Assembly: GCF_000940845.1 (NCBI RefSeq)
Contig: NZ_CP010341.1
Location: 1,320,001-1,352,000, forward strand
From: Propionibacterium freudenreichii subsp. freudenreichii
GTDB lineage: Bacteria > Actinomycetota > Actinomycetes > Propionibacteriales > Propionibacteriaceae
Reading direction: 5' to 3'
Length of the DNA: 32,000 nt
Of this stretch, positions 11,473 to 19,994 are shown piece after piece. Position 1 is the first letter of the stretch, and each line of letters starts with the position of its first letter. Position numbers and translations under genes: made by a program. The notes beneath the pieces were generated by a model. The model saw only the letters and a program-made list of their open reading frames with translations. It made no database searches and was not told the DNA's origin.

Positions 11473-12218
11473 CCCGCCATGATCGGCTCGGTCAATCCGG
11501 GGTCATCGGTGCGGGGAGAATTCACCCGCCGACTCACCGGGTGGGCGCTGAGCAGGCCGGCCGCCAGGGGTGCGATGAGGCCCAGTGCCTCCCGGCTGTC
11601 GGTGCAGCTGGGGTCGAGCCAGTCGCCCCACGCGTCGGGCTGGAGCAGTACCGGGCGGCGGTTGTGGATGGCGGCCATCTCGCCGGTCGCCTCCGTGGTG
11701 ATGATGGTGCACGAGGACAGCCAGCTGCCCTGTGGCGAACGCCAGAAGTCGTAGAGGCCGGCCAGGGCGAGGAGGCCGCCGTCGGCGGGCTCGATGTAGA
11801 ATGGTCGGGCCGGCACGGACTTGTCCGCCGGGTGCTGCCACTCGTAGTAGCCACTCGCCGGCAGGATGCACCGACGCCGCGCCAGGGCCGTGCGGTACAC
11901 CGGCTTCTCGTCGAGGGTCTCGACCCGTGCGTTGATCATGCGTCGGGTGCTGCCGGGCCCCTTCGACCATGACGGGACCAGCCCCCAGTACATGCCCGCG
12001 ACCTTCCGCACCGGATGGTCCTGTCCGCGCGTGACGACCACCGGGATCGTCTGGGTCGGGGCGATGTTGAACCGCGGCCGCATCCACTGCGGGTAGTCGG
12101 CCTGCGGCTGGCCGGGGGTCAGCGCCAGCGACTCACCCGAGTCCTCGGCGATCTCACTGATGTCGAAGACCTCGACCAATTCATCGGGATCGGCGCTCAG
12201 CGCATATCTTCCACACAC
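11466..12218 (-). CDS. SOS-response-associated peptidase (SRAP/YedK, DUF159) - abasic-site DNA-protein crosslink enzyme
   Basis: GTG start at 12218 gives (M)[10 protein letters not shown], with the family-defining Cys2. Other motifs: [37 protein letters not shown] and CTIITTEA. The listed 399-aa ORF adds 149 non-homologous codons upstream that run into aroA. Confidence 0.88.
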   Translation of the reverse strand: MCGRYALSADPDELVEVFDISEIAEDSGESLALTPGQPQADYPQWMRPRFNIAPTQTIPVVVTRGQDHPVRKVAGMYWGLVPSWSKGPGSTRRMINARVETLDEKPVYRTALARRRCILPASGYYEWQHPADKSVPARPFYIEPADGGLLALAGLYDFWRSPQGSWLSSCTIITTEATGEMAAIHNRRPVLLQPDAWGDWLDPSCTDSREALGLIAPLAAGLLSAHPVSRRVNSPRTDDPGLTEPIMAGE

Positions 12219-12365
12219 GCCATCAGGGTACGCGCGGGCCCCACGGACCCGGGGCGAACGCCCACCGCCCTGTCCCCTGACGTCCCACCTCGTTGGTCCA
12301 CCCCGTTGGCCTCCCGAATGGCCCGCACGCCGCGACCATCCGGGAGGACTCGGTAGCCTGAACAC

Positions 12366-13718
12366 ATGACTGAGCACGTTGCCGGAGACCGCCAGACCGC
12401 TGCCGATCCCCGCGTCACCACCTCGCAGGGCTGGCCGGCGCCCCGGGCACGCGTCCCCCTCCATGCGACGGTGCACGTGCCCGGCTCGAAGTCCGAGGGG
12501 AACCGGGCCCTGGTGCTGGCCGCGCTGGGCGACGGCCCCAGCACCATCACCGGCCTGCCGGACGCCCGCGACATCCGACTGATGATCGCCGCACTGCGTG
12601 GCCTGGGCACAACGATCGCCCCCGGCGACGCCCACGAGGTCACGGTGCACCCGGGTCCGCTGCACGCCGCCACCGCACCCATTGATTGCGGGCTGGCCGG
12701 CACGGTGATGCGCTTCGTGCCTCCCCTGGCCGCGCTGGTGGCGGGCACCACCCGGTTCGTGGGCGATGACCGGGCTGCCGAGCGTCCGATCGCCCCGCTG
12801 CTCGAGGGTTTGCGCCAGCTGGGGGCCGCCACCAGTTCAGACGCGATCCCCTTCGACCTCACGGCACCCGACGAACTCACCGGACATGAGGTGAGCATCG
12901 ATGCCTCGGCGTCCAGCCAGTTCATCTCCGGCCTGCTGTTGGCTGCGGCCGCCTTCCCGCAGGGCATCGATCTGATGCACACCGGCGCCAACGTGCCTTC
13001 GGCGCCACATATCGACATGACGATCGCCATGTTGGCTCGTCACGGCGTGAGGGTCGCACAACCGGAGCGGGGACGCCGCTGGGTGGTGGAGTCGGGAATG
13101 ATCCGTGCCGCCGATGAGCGGATCGAGCCTGACCTGACGAATGCGGCGGTGTTCCTGATCGCCGGCGTGATCACCGGTGGCTCGGTGGCCGTGGCCGACT
13201 GGCCCCGACGCAGCACCCAGCCCGGGGCACTCATCGGGCCCGTCCTGGCAAGGATGGGTGCCGCCTTCGCCACCGGGGCGGGCCGGGCCACCGCCACACA
13301 CCGCGACGACCTGCAGGGCGCGGAGCTTGACCTGCGCCCCGCCAGCGAACTCACCTGCTCGGTCGCCGCCCTGGCCGTCGCCGCCAGGGGGACGACCACC
13401 ATCCGCGGGGTGGGCCACATCCGCGGCCACGAGACGGACCGCATCGCGGCCATCGCCACGGAGCTGACCCGCGTCGGCGTGGACGTCGCCGAACTGCCCG
13501 ACGGCCTGCGCATCGAGGGCATGGCGGGGCGCCTTGACCAGCTGCACCCAAGCACCGGCGATGGCCTCTTCCGGTGCTACGCAGATCACCGGATGGCCCA
13601 CCTGGGCGCGCTGATCGGACTGATGGTGCCGGGCATCAGGCTGGACGACGTGGGTTCGACCACGAAGACGATGCCCGATTTCCCCGGCGAATGGGACAGG
13701 CTGGTGAACGCACGGTGA
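12366..13718 (+). CDS. aroA: 3-phosphoshikimate 1-carboxyvinyltransferase (EPSP synthase)
   Basis: 450 aa. It has VPGSKSEGNRALVLAALGDGPSTITGLPDARDIRLMIAALRGLG and further collinear EPSPS motifs, including the LAGTVMRF and DHRMAH regions. Confidence 0.93.
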   Translation: MTEHVAGDRQTAADPRVTTSQGWPAPRARVPLHATVHVPGSKSEGNRALVLAALGDGPSTITGLPDARDIRLMIAALRGLGTTIAPGDAHEVTVHPGPLHAATAPIDCGLAGTVMRFVPPLAALVAGTTRFVGDDRAAERPIAPLLEGLRQLGAATSSDAIPFDLTAPDELTGHEVSIDASASSQFISGLLLAAAAFPQGIDLMHTGANVPSAPHIDMTIAMLARHGVRVAQPERGRRWVVESGMIRAADERIEPDLTNAAVFLIAGVITGGSVAVADWPRRSTQPGALIGPVLARMGAAFATGAGRATATHRDDLQGAELDLRPASELTCSVAALAVAARGTTTIRGVGHIRGHETDRIAAIATELTRVGVDVAELPDGLRIEGMAGRLDQLHPSTGDGLFRCYADHRMAHLGALIGLMVPGIRLDDVGSTTKTMPDFPGEWDRLVNAR

Positions 13719-14785
13719 GCCCCCGCCAGACCCGCGGCGTGATCGGACGCGGAACCGATTTCGACAGCCACGACTTCGGGCGTCCCGCGAAGCGCACCCG
13801 CCCCCGCACCAAGCGTCGCCCCGATTACTCCGAGGCCCCCACGGCGCGGGTCATCACGGTCGATCGGGGCCGGTACCACCTCCTGCTGGACGCACCGGAT
13901 TCCCCGCGCCACCTGGTGGCGGCCAAGGCCCGCCAGCTCGGCCGCGGTGCGGTGATCGTCGGTGACGTGGTGCGCGTGGTGGGCGACACCAGCGGGGAGG
14001 AGGGAACCCTGGCGCGCATCGTGCAGGTGGAGCCGCGTCGCACCGAGCTCAACCGCACCGCCGACGACACCGATCCCTATGAACGCCCGATCGTGGCCAA
14101 CGCCGATCAACTCGTGGTGGTGACCGCACTGGCGGATCCCCAGCCCAGCGCCGGCATGATCGACCGCGTGCTCGTCGCCGGCTACGACGCCGGCGTGAAG
14201 CCCCTCATCTGCCTGACCAAGGCCGACCTGGCCGACCCGACGGAGCTGGTCGACCTCTATGAGCCGCTTGACGTGCCGATCTTCGTCTCCATGCCGGACA
14301 GCAACCTCGATGAACTGCGTGCCGCCCTAGCCCACCATGTGACGGTGTTCGTCGGACATTCCGGCGTCGGGAAGTCGACCCTGATCAATCGACTCGTCCC
14401 CGATGCGGATCGGGCCACGGGCGTGGTGAACGATGTCACCGGCAAGGGACGACACACCTCCACCTCGGCCATCGCCCTGCAGCTGCCGCCCTTCGCGGGC
14501 GACCCGGAGGCGGGCTGGGTGATCGACACACCGGGCGTGCGCAGCTTCGGGCTCAGCCATGTGAGCGCGGAGACCATCCTTGAGGCCTTCCCCGACCTGA
14601 TGCGTTTCACCGCTGACTGCCCCCGTGGATGCAACCACCACGCGGGAGCCCCCGAGTGCGGACTGGACGCGGCGTTGGCCCGTGGCGACCTGTCCGCCCA
14701 GCGCCTGACCTCCTTCCGCCGCATTCTGGAGGCGGTGGACGGGGCCAGGGCGGACTACAGCTCGGTGCAGGAGCGCAACCACTAG
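13715..14785 (+). CDS. rsgA: Ribosome small-subunit-dependent GTPase A
   Basis: GTG 13715 overlaps the aroA stop (GTGA). It has an OB-fold N-terminus, a circularly permuted GTPase (LTKADL, then GHSGVGKSTLINRL, then DTPG) and a C-terminal Zn-knuckle (CxxGCxHxxxPxC). The listed ORF start at 13574 lies inside aroA. Confidence 0.9.
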   Translation: MSPRQTRGVIGRGTDFDSHDFGRPAKRTRPRTKRRPDYSEAPTARVITVDRGRYHLLLDAPDSPRHLVAAKARQLGRGAVIVGDVVRVVGDTSGEEGTLARIVQVEPRRTELNRTADDTDPYERPIVANADQLVVVTALADPQPSAGMIDRVLVAGYDAGVKPLICLTKADLADPTELVDLYEPLDVPIFVSMPDSNLDELRAALAHHVTVFVGHSGVGKSTLINRLVPDADRATGVVNDVTGKGRHTSTSAIALQLPPFAGDPEAGWVIDTPGVRSFGLSHVSAETILEAFPDLMRFTADCPRGCNHHAGAPECGLDAALARGDLSAQRLTSFRRILEAVDGARADYSSVQERNH

Positions 14786-14838
14786 TCCCACCCGGACGGG
14801 CGGCGAGCGCGCTCACCCACACCACTAGAGTCTGGGCC

Positions 14839-15654
14839 ATGGCTGACCGAATTGATTCCACACGCTCTGATCTCACGGCCGATCTGCTGCTGGCCCAGCG
14901 CATGGCATCCGAGGCGGACACCATCACCACTGGCCGTTTCCGGGCCAGTGACCTGCGGGTGCAGACCAAGCCGGACCACACGCCGGTTTCCGAGGCCGAC
15001 AAGGGCGTCGAGGGCATGGTGCGGGCCACGCTGGCCACCGAACGTCCCGATGATGCGGTCCATGGCGAGGAGATGCCCGACACCGGATGGGGATCACGTC
15101 GCTGGATCGTCGATCCGATCGATGGCACCGCGAACTATGTGCGGGGCGTCCCGGTGTGGGCCACCCTCATCGGCCTGATGGTCGACGGCGAGATGACCGT
15201 GGGCGTGGTCAGCGCTCCCGCCCTGGGCCGACGCTGGTGGGCCTCGAAGGGCCATGGTGCCTTCGCCGGCCCCGATTTCTCGCGGGGAACGCGCCTTGCC
15301 GTGTCGGCCGTCGGCACCGTGCACGACGCATTCCTGTCCTATTCGTCGCTCGGCGGCTGGTCGCGCGACCATCGCGGGCAGGCCTTTGCCGAGCTGCTGG
15401 CCAGTTGCGGGCGAACGCGCGGTTTCGGCGACTTCTTCAGCTACATGCTGGTGGCGGAGGGAGCTGTCGACCTGGCCTGCGAGCCCGACCTGGAACTGTA
15501 CGACATGGCTGCGCTCGTGCCGATCGTCACCGAGGCGGGCGGCCGGTTCACCAATCTCGAGGGTGCGCCGGGACCGGTGGGGCGGGGTGCCCTGGCAAGC
15601 AATGGCCTCCTGCACGACGAGGTGCTGAACCGGCTCCAGCGCGACGACCACTGA
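14839..15654 (+). CDS. hisN: Inositol monophosphatase-family protein, probably histidinol-phosphatase HisN
   Basis: 271 aa from ATG 14839 (MADRIDSTRSDL...). IMPase motifs are KPDHTPVSEADK, HGEE, WIVDPIDGTANY and WD-like C-terminal residues. The HisN assignment rests on resemblance to actinobacterial HisN/ImpC and is an inference. Confidence 0.7.
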   Translation: MADRIDSTRSDLTADLLLAQRMASEADTITTGRFRASDLRVQTKPDHTPVSEADKGVEGMVRATLATERPDDAVHGEEMPDTGWGSRRWIVDPIDGTANYVRGVPVWATLIGLMVDGEMTVGVVSAPALGRRWWASKGHGAFAGPDFSRGTRLAVSAVGTVHDAFLSYSSLGGWSRDHRGQAFAELLASCGRTRGFGDFFSYMLVAEGAVDLACEPDLELYDMAALVPIVTEAGGRFTNLEGAPGPVGRGALASNGLLHDEVLNRLQRDDH

Positions 15655-15707
15655 CCCGGGAGCCCCGATCGGGACCGGTGCCCGCCGGCTCTCGGCCGTC
15701 ATCGGTC

Positions 15708-17441
15708 TCAGCGGGGCCCGGGCGCTCCCATGGCGCCACCCATCGTGTTGCCGGTCGACTGATTCGCCGTGACCGTGGTGGCGGAGCCACCATTGACGCT
15801 CACCAGGTAGCTTGAGCCGGCGCTGATCGCCGAGGAGCTGAAGACGATGTTCCCGGTTGCCTTGGCCACGGTGTAGCTGGCGATCTGGGTGCCGTCGGTG
15901 GTGGAGATCGTCACGCTCTGCCCGGCACTGGCCGTGAGTTCGCTCTGGAGCCAGGCCTGTGACGAATCCGTGTCGGGGCTCTCGGCCATGCCCGAGCTCC
16001 CTGCTGCGAACAGCGTTCCGCCGCTGATCCTCAGCGTGCCACCGGTGTCCAGGGCACCATTGCCCGAGTCGGTCGGTCCGTTCACGACGATGGTGCCGCC
16101 GCTGATCGTCATGGCGCCATTGGAATCCAGTCCATCGCCGCCCGCGTCGACCGTGATCGCCCCGCCGGTGATCACCATCGTGGAGTTCGACGCCGACCCG
16201 GCGCCGGGATCGTCGGCCTCGCCGGAGCCGTCGGAGGCATTGATGCCATCATCGGAGCTCGTGATGTTGATCGTCGCGGCGTTGAGGGTGATGGCGTTGG
16301 ACTCCAGGCCCTCATAGCTCGCGGTCACGTCGATGGTGCCGCCGTTGGTGGTCAGGGCGTTGTCGGCGTGGATGGCGTCATCGCCGGTGGACAGCTTGAG
16401 CGTGCCGCCGTCGATCTGCACGGTGTCGTTGCTGTGCACCGCGTCGTCGGACGAGGTGATGGTGTCGGTCCCATCGCTGATGACCAGCTGCGCCCCGGCC
16501 TTGATGCCCTTGGTGGACGCGGCATCGGTGCTGTCGCTGGGCCTGCTGGACGAACCGCCGGCGGTCGTGATCGTCAAGGAGGCGCCCGTCTGGACGAAAT
16601 CGCTGGTGACGTCCACGCCGTCACCCGCGGTCGCATTGACCGCGATGGTGCCGTTCTCGATGTCCACATAGCCACGCGTGGAGTCCTGCGAGTTGTCCGA
16701 CTTGATGCCGTCCCCGCCGCTGGTCACGTTGATGGTGCCATCCTCCACGATCACATAGTCCTTGCCCCTGATGCCGTCATCAATGGCCTGGACCCGAATC
16801 GTGCCCGAGACGATCACCAGGCCGTCGGTGGAGGCGATGCCGTCGTTGGTCCTCCCGTCGACGCTCAGGGAACCCGTGCCGGCGATCGTCAGGTCGGCAC
16901 GCGAATACAGCGCCGCGTTGGCCGCGCCGTCGGCGCTCGTGTCATAGCCGGATCCGTCGGTCAGCGTGTTCTGCGATCCGTCGGCAAGGATCACGTTCAC
17001 CTCGTCGGCAGCCTGGATGTCGATCGCCGGGCCGCTGCTCGACGTGATGTCGGCGCCGTCGAGGATGATGCGGGTCTCGCCGGAGGCTGTTGAGTTCACC
17101 ACGAGCCGTCCGTCGGTGAGCTGCCCCGAGACCTTGTAGGTGCCCGGCTCGGTGATGGTGACGGTTGAACCATCGATGCCCACGCCCGGGCCGCTGGCGG
17201 ACGCGGAGCTCCCCGACAGGGTCACCGTCACCACCGAGGATGCCTCATAGTCAAGGTCGCTCGCCTTGTAGTGCGAGTCCTTGTTGTCGGCCAACACCGA
17301 TTGCGCACTCGACGAGACGCTGGTGGCCGCGGCCTGCGCGGAGGCGGTCGTGGTGGGGCTGGACGCGGTGGTCGCGCCGCAGCCGGTCAGCGTGGCCGCG
17401 ACGGCGAGCGCGGCCAGTCTCTTCTGCCATGACAAGTTCAT
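15708..17441 (-). CDS. Surface lipoprotein with Cthe_2159-type beta-helix carbohydrate-binding repeats (DUF4353/PF14262-like)
   Basis: Signal peptide MNLSWQKRLAALAVAATLTG|C with a lipobox, followed by a Ser/Thr/Ala linker. More than 10 short coils follow, carrying DGI/DDGI/DDAI/GDG motifs (NDGIAS, DDGIRG, GDGIKS, DDAVHS, DDAIHA, DDGINA, GDGLDS) and SYEGLES. The start overlaps the stop of the upstream VTC gene (ATGA at 17438-17441). Confidence 0.75.
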   Translation of the reverse strand: MNLSWQKRLAALAVAATLTGCGATTASSPTTTASAQAAATSVSSSAQSVLADNKDSHYKASDLDYEASSVVTVTLSGSSASASGPGVGIDGSTVTITEPGTYKVSGQLTDGRLVVNSTASGETRIILDGADITSSSGPAIDIQAADEVNVILADGSQNTLTDGSGYDTSADGAANAALYSRADLTIAGTGSLSVDGRTNDGIASTDGLVIVSGTIRVQAIDDGIRGKDYVIVEDGTINVTSGGDGIKSDNSQDSTRGYVDIENGTIAVNATAGDGVDVTSDFVQTGASLTITTAGGSSSRPSDSTDAASTKGIKAGAQLVISDGTDTITSSDDAVHSNDTVQIDGGTLKLSTGDDAIHADNALTTNGGTIDVTASYEGLESNAITLNAATINITSSDDGINASDGSGEADDPGAGSASNSTMVITGGAITVDAGGDGLDSNGAMTISGGTIVVNGPTDSGNGALDTGGTLRISGGTLFAAGSSGMAESPDTDSSQAWLQSELTASAGQSVTISTTDGTQIASYTVAKATGNIVFSSSAISAGSSYLVSVNGGSATTVTANQSTGNTMGGAMGAPGPR

Positions 17442-18249
17442 GATGATTCGCTCCTCATTGTGGCGGCCGCGGTCTCAGGGCGGCCTTCGCGTAGTCGTGA
17501 CCGGAGATGTCCGATGGTCGAATGCCACCGGTTGTGGGGCAGCCCGGGCTCAAGGATGGCCAGGCCGGTGGCGAACTTGCTGAAACGGTGGGGCCGAACC
17601 CCGATCGACCACAGCAGGTGGTCCACCCGGCCCGGTGCCATGCCCGCCGACTTCGTCTCCACCACCGTCAGCTCACCCAGCCGCACCGCGCGGACATCAT
17701 CGGCCGAGGTCCAGATGAGTCTGCGGTCGAGGGTGACCCGCGTCCCGCTGCCCGGTTCGACCAGGGTGGTCCGCAGATAGGACGTGTTGAGCCGGGGCGC
17801 CAGGGCATCCAGCGGGACAGACGGCATGCCGCACACGGACAATGCCCGGTGCATCTCGTGGCGGTCCCCGGCGCTCCACCGGCCACGCTCGGCGACGTCG
17901 ATCTGCAGGCGTTGCTTGACGGTCCGTTCCCCACGACAGGTCTTCACCTCGAGCCACCGCATGCCGCTGTCGAGGTAGTCGCGCTCGCGGATCTTCCATC
18001 GTCGCCGGCGTCCCCGCGCCGAGGCGAGGTAGCTGTCCTGGCCGGGGGTGTCGAAGTAGACCGACACATAGCGGAACTCCCGGATGCCTGCGATCGTGAG
18101 GACCCTGCTGTCAGCGGGCAGGGCCCGAGGAAGGTCCGCACCTCGGCCGGGGTCGCCAGGTATTTCCTGTCCACCCGCGTCTGCAGGGCGGCGGTGCGGT
18201 TCAGCTCGTCGAGTCCGATATCCGCCAGATCGGTGATCGTCCTGCTCAT
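17438..18249 (-). pseudogene. VTC-domain (CYTH/triphosphate-tunnel, polyphosphate-polymerase-like) protein gene interrupted by a 1-nt frameshift
   Basis: ATG 18249 gives MSRTITDLADIGLDELNRTAALQTRVDRKYLATPAEVRTFL (frame of ORF 17944..18249). The homologous sequence then continues in the -1 frame (ORF 17438..18484) as ALPADSRVLTIAGIREFRYVSVYFDT, RRRWKIRERDY, WLEVK, TVKQR, VVETK and SKF. The span is 812 nt (3n-1). It is either a real pseudogene or an assembly error. Confidence 0.75.
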
Positions 18250-18881
18250 GCGACGGCCTCACGCGCACCGGGAACCTCACGCTCCGCACAGGGCACCGGG
18301 GCACGACCATCCACCGCGATGTCCGGGGCGCCGCCAGCCCGTGATCCGGGCCGGAAGCGCACCTCCACCAATGTCGTGTCGTTGACGAAGTCGAGGCGCT
18401 GCACGGACACCGACAGGATCCGCCCGCCCAGGCGCTCCCCCAGCGCCGCGCGCAGCTGCGCCGCATCGGGATACGCCCGATCAAGGGCCACCACCTGGCG
18501 CTGCATCCCGCGCCCGATCCACCGGGAGTCGCTGATGCAGGTGACCGCCACGATCAACGCCATGAGGGGCACCGAATACCCCAGTGGCACGTCCACTCCG
18601 CCGAGCAGGCCCAGCGCCAGCGCGCTGAAATAGTAGGCGGTCTCGATCTGGCTCAGCTCCTCCGAACGGAGCCGGATGATCGACAACACCCCGAACAGGC
18701 CCAGGCCGAGCCCGGCTGCAACACTGCTCACCGACAAGGCCGTGGAAACTGCCAGCACGCCGACGTTGACGCTCAGATAGGCCACGACCATGTCGCGTCG
18801 GTGGTGGCGCGGCAGGTAGACGGCGAAGGTCAGGATGACGATCATCAAGGCGTCGGCGCCAAGGGCAACAAGGTCGGTCAT
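18246..18881 (-). CDS. DUF4956-like small polytopic membrane protein
   Basis: 211 aa. It has several hydrophobic helices and the GLFGVLSIIRLRSEELSQIETAYYF motif I associate with DUF4956, plus a soluble C-terminal ~90 aa. AGGAG lies 7 nt upstream of ATG 18881. Its stop overlaps the VTC start (ATGA 18246-18249). Confidence 0.7.
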   Translation of the reverse strand: MTDLVALGADALMIVILTFAVYLPRHHRRDMVVAYLSVNVGVLAVSTALSVSSVAAGLGLGLFGVLSIIRLRSEELSQIETAYYFSALALGLLGGVDVPLGYSVPLMALIVAVTCISDSRWIGRGMQRQVVALDRAYPDAAQLRAALGERLGGRILSVSVQRLDFVNDTTLVEVRFRPGSRAGGAPDIAVDGRAPVPCAEREVPGAREAVA

Positions 18882-19037
18882 GGGTGGCTCCTGATTCGGA
18901 ATGGATGACGTTGAATCAACCCGCCGCCGCTGTCGGTTCTCTGTGCTGGAATCGGCATGTGCCTATGCACCTGACGTGCCAGAGGAAACCCAGCGAATCC
19001 CCTGCCGGTGCACATTTGTCGCGGGAAGTGTGTGGCC

Positions 19038-19985
19038 ATGACTCACTTACCCAGCAGGTTCTCCCGGCGCGCGGTCCTCACCGGGGCAGGCGTCGCCGTC
19101 GCCGGTGGCGGCGCGGCATGGGCCGCGGAGAGATTCCTCATTCCCCATGTGGAGAACTCGGACGTCGCGGCTGCCGAGGCCGCAGCCAGCGCCTCCAATT
19201 CATCCAGCACCGGACAGATGGCGGCCGACCGGCGCGAGATCGGCACCAACTACTACCGCAACGGACAGACCCAGCTGACCATCGCCAACCACAGCTCCGG
19301 CAACGGCTCCGATGCGCTGGCCTGGTTCGTCGCCGATCTGCGCATGGGCGATGCCACGGTGCTTCGATCGGCCTTCGCCAACAACCAGTTCGGTGAGAAC
19401 ATCACCCAGGACCCCTCCACGATCGCCACGGCGCATGATGCCGTCTTCGCCGTGAACGGGGACTACTACGGATTCCGTGATGACGGCATTGAGGTGCGCA
19501 ATGGCGTCGCCTGGCGCGACAAGGGCACCCGGCAGGGTCTGTCGCTGTACCGCGACGGCGCGGTACGCCTGTATGACGAGACCGCGACGAACGCGGCACA
19601 GTTGGTGTCCGAGGGTGTCTGGAACACCCTGTCGTTCGGTCCCGGCGTGGTCGCCGACTCGCAGGTCGTCGCGGGAATCGACCAGGTGGAGGTCGATACC
19701 AATGTCGGCAACCACTCCATCCAGGGGGACCAGCCCCGCACGGGGATCGGATACCTGGCCGATGGTCACCTCGCGCTGCTGGTCGTGGACGGGCGCAGCG
19801 AGGGATACTCGCGCGGCGTCACGCTGCCCGAATTCGCGCAGATGTTCGTGGACCTCGGTGCCCGGACCGCCTACAACCTGGACGGCGGTGGCTCGTCGGT
19901 CATGTACTTCAACGGGTCGCTGGTCAACAACCCATTGGGCACAGGCCGGGAACGCGGCGTATCCGACATCCTCTACCTGGCGTGA
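19038..19985 (+). CDS. Tat-secreted phosphodiester glycosidase family protein (NAGPA/DUF2233-like)
   Basis: 315 aa from ATG 19038. It has a twin-arginine signal (MTHLPSRFSRRAVLTGAGVAVAGGGAAWA). FAVNGDYYGFRDDGIEVRNG and AYNLDGGGSSVMYFNG are typical of the family. GGGAAG RBS at 19023-19028. Confidence 0.78.
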   Translation: MTHLPSRFSRRAVLTGAGVAVAGGGAAWAAERFLIPHVENSDVAAAEAAASASNSSSTGQMAADRREIGTNYYRNGQTQLTIANHSSGNGSDALAWFVADLRMGDATVLRSAFANNQFGENITQDPSTIATAHDAVFAVNGDYYGFRDDGIEVRNGVAWRDKGTRQGLSLYRDGAVRLYDETATNAAQLVSEGVWNTLSFGPGVVADSQVVAGIDQVEVDTNVGNHSIQGDQPRTGIGYLADGHLALLVVDGRSEGYSRGVTLPEFAQMFVDLGARTAYNLDGGGSSVMYFNGSLVNNPLGTGRERGVSDILYLA

Positions 19986-19994
19986 GGGAGCGTC

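Noticed and set aside
12219-12665. 149-codon N-terminal extension of the SRAP ORF (399-aa version)
   Set aside because: SRAP enzymes need Cys at position 2, which the GTG at 12218 provides (MCGRY). The extension overlaps aroA and is Gly/Arg-rich noise.
15655-15707. Terminator between convergent hisN and the lipoprotein gene
   Set aside because: Only a 9-bp imperfect stem (ccgggagcc / ggctctcgg, with one G:U pair) and a ~24-nt loop could be drawn. This is too weak to call.
18115-18135. Programmed -1 ribosomal frameshifting in the VTC gene
   Set aside because: The site (TTC CTC GGG) has no X XXY YYZ slippery heptamer, and I see no obvious downstream stem-loop or pseudoknot at the right spacing. 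A mutation or a sequencing error is more parsimonious.
18895-18925. GGAAT at 18897-18901 as a SigH-type promoter for the phosphodiester glycosidase operon
   Set aside because: There is no GTT at 17-19 nt downstream. The only GTT is 7 nt away.
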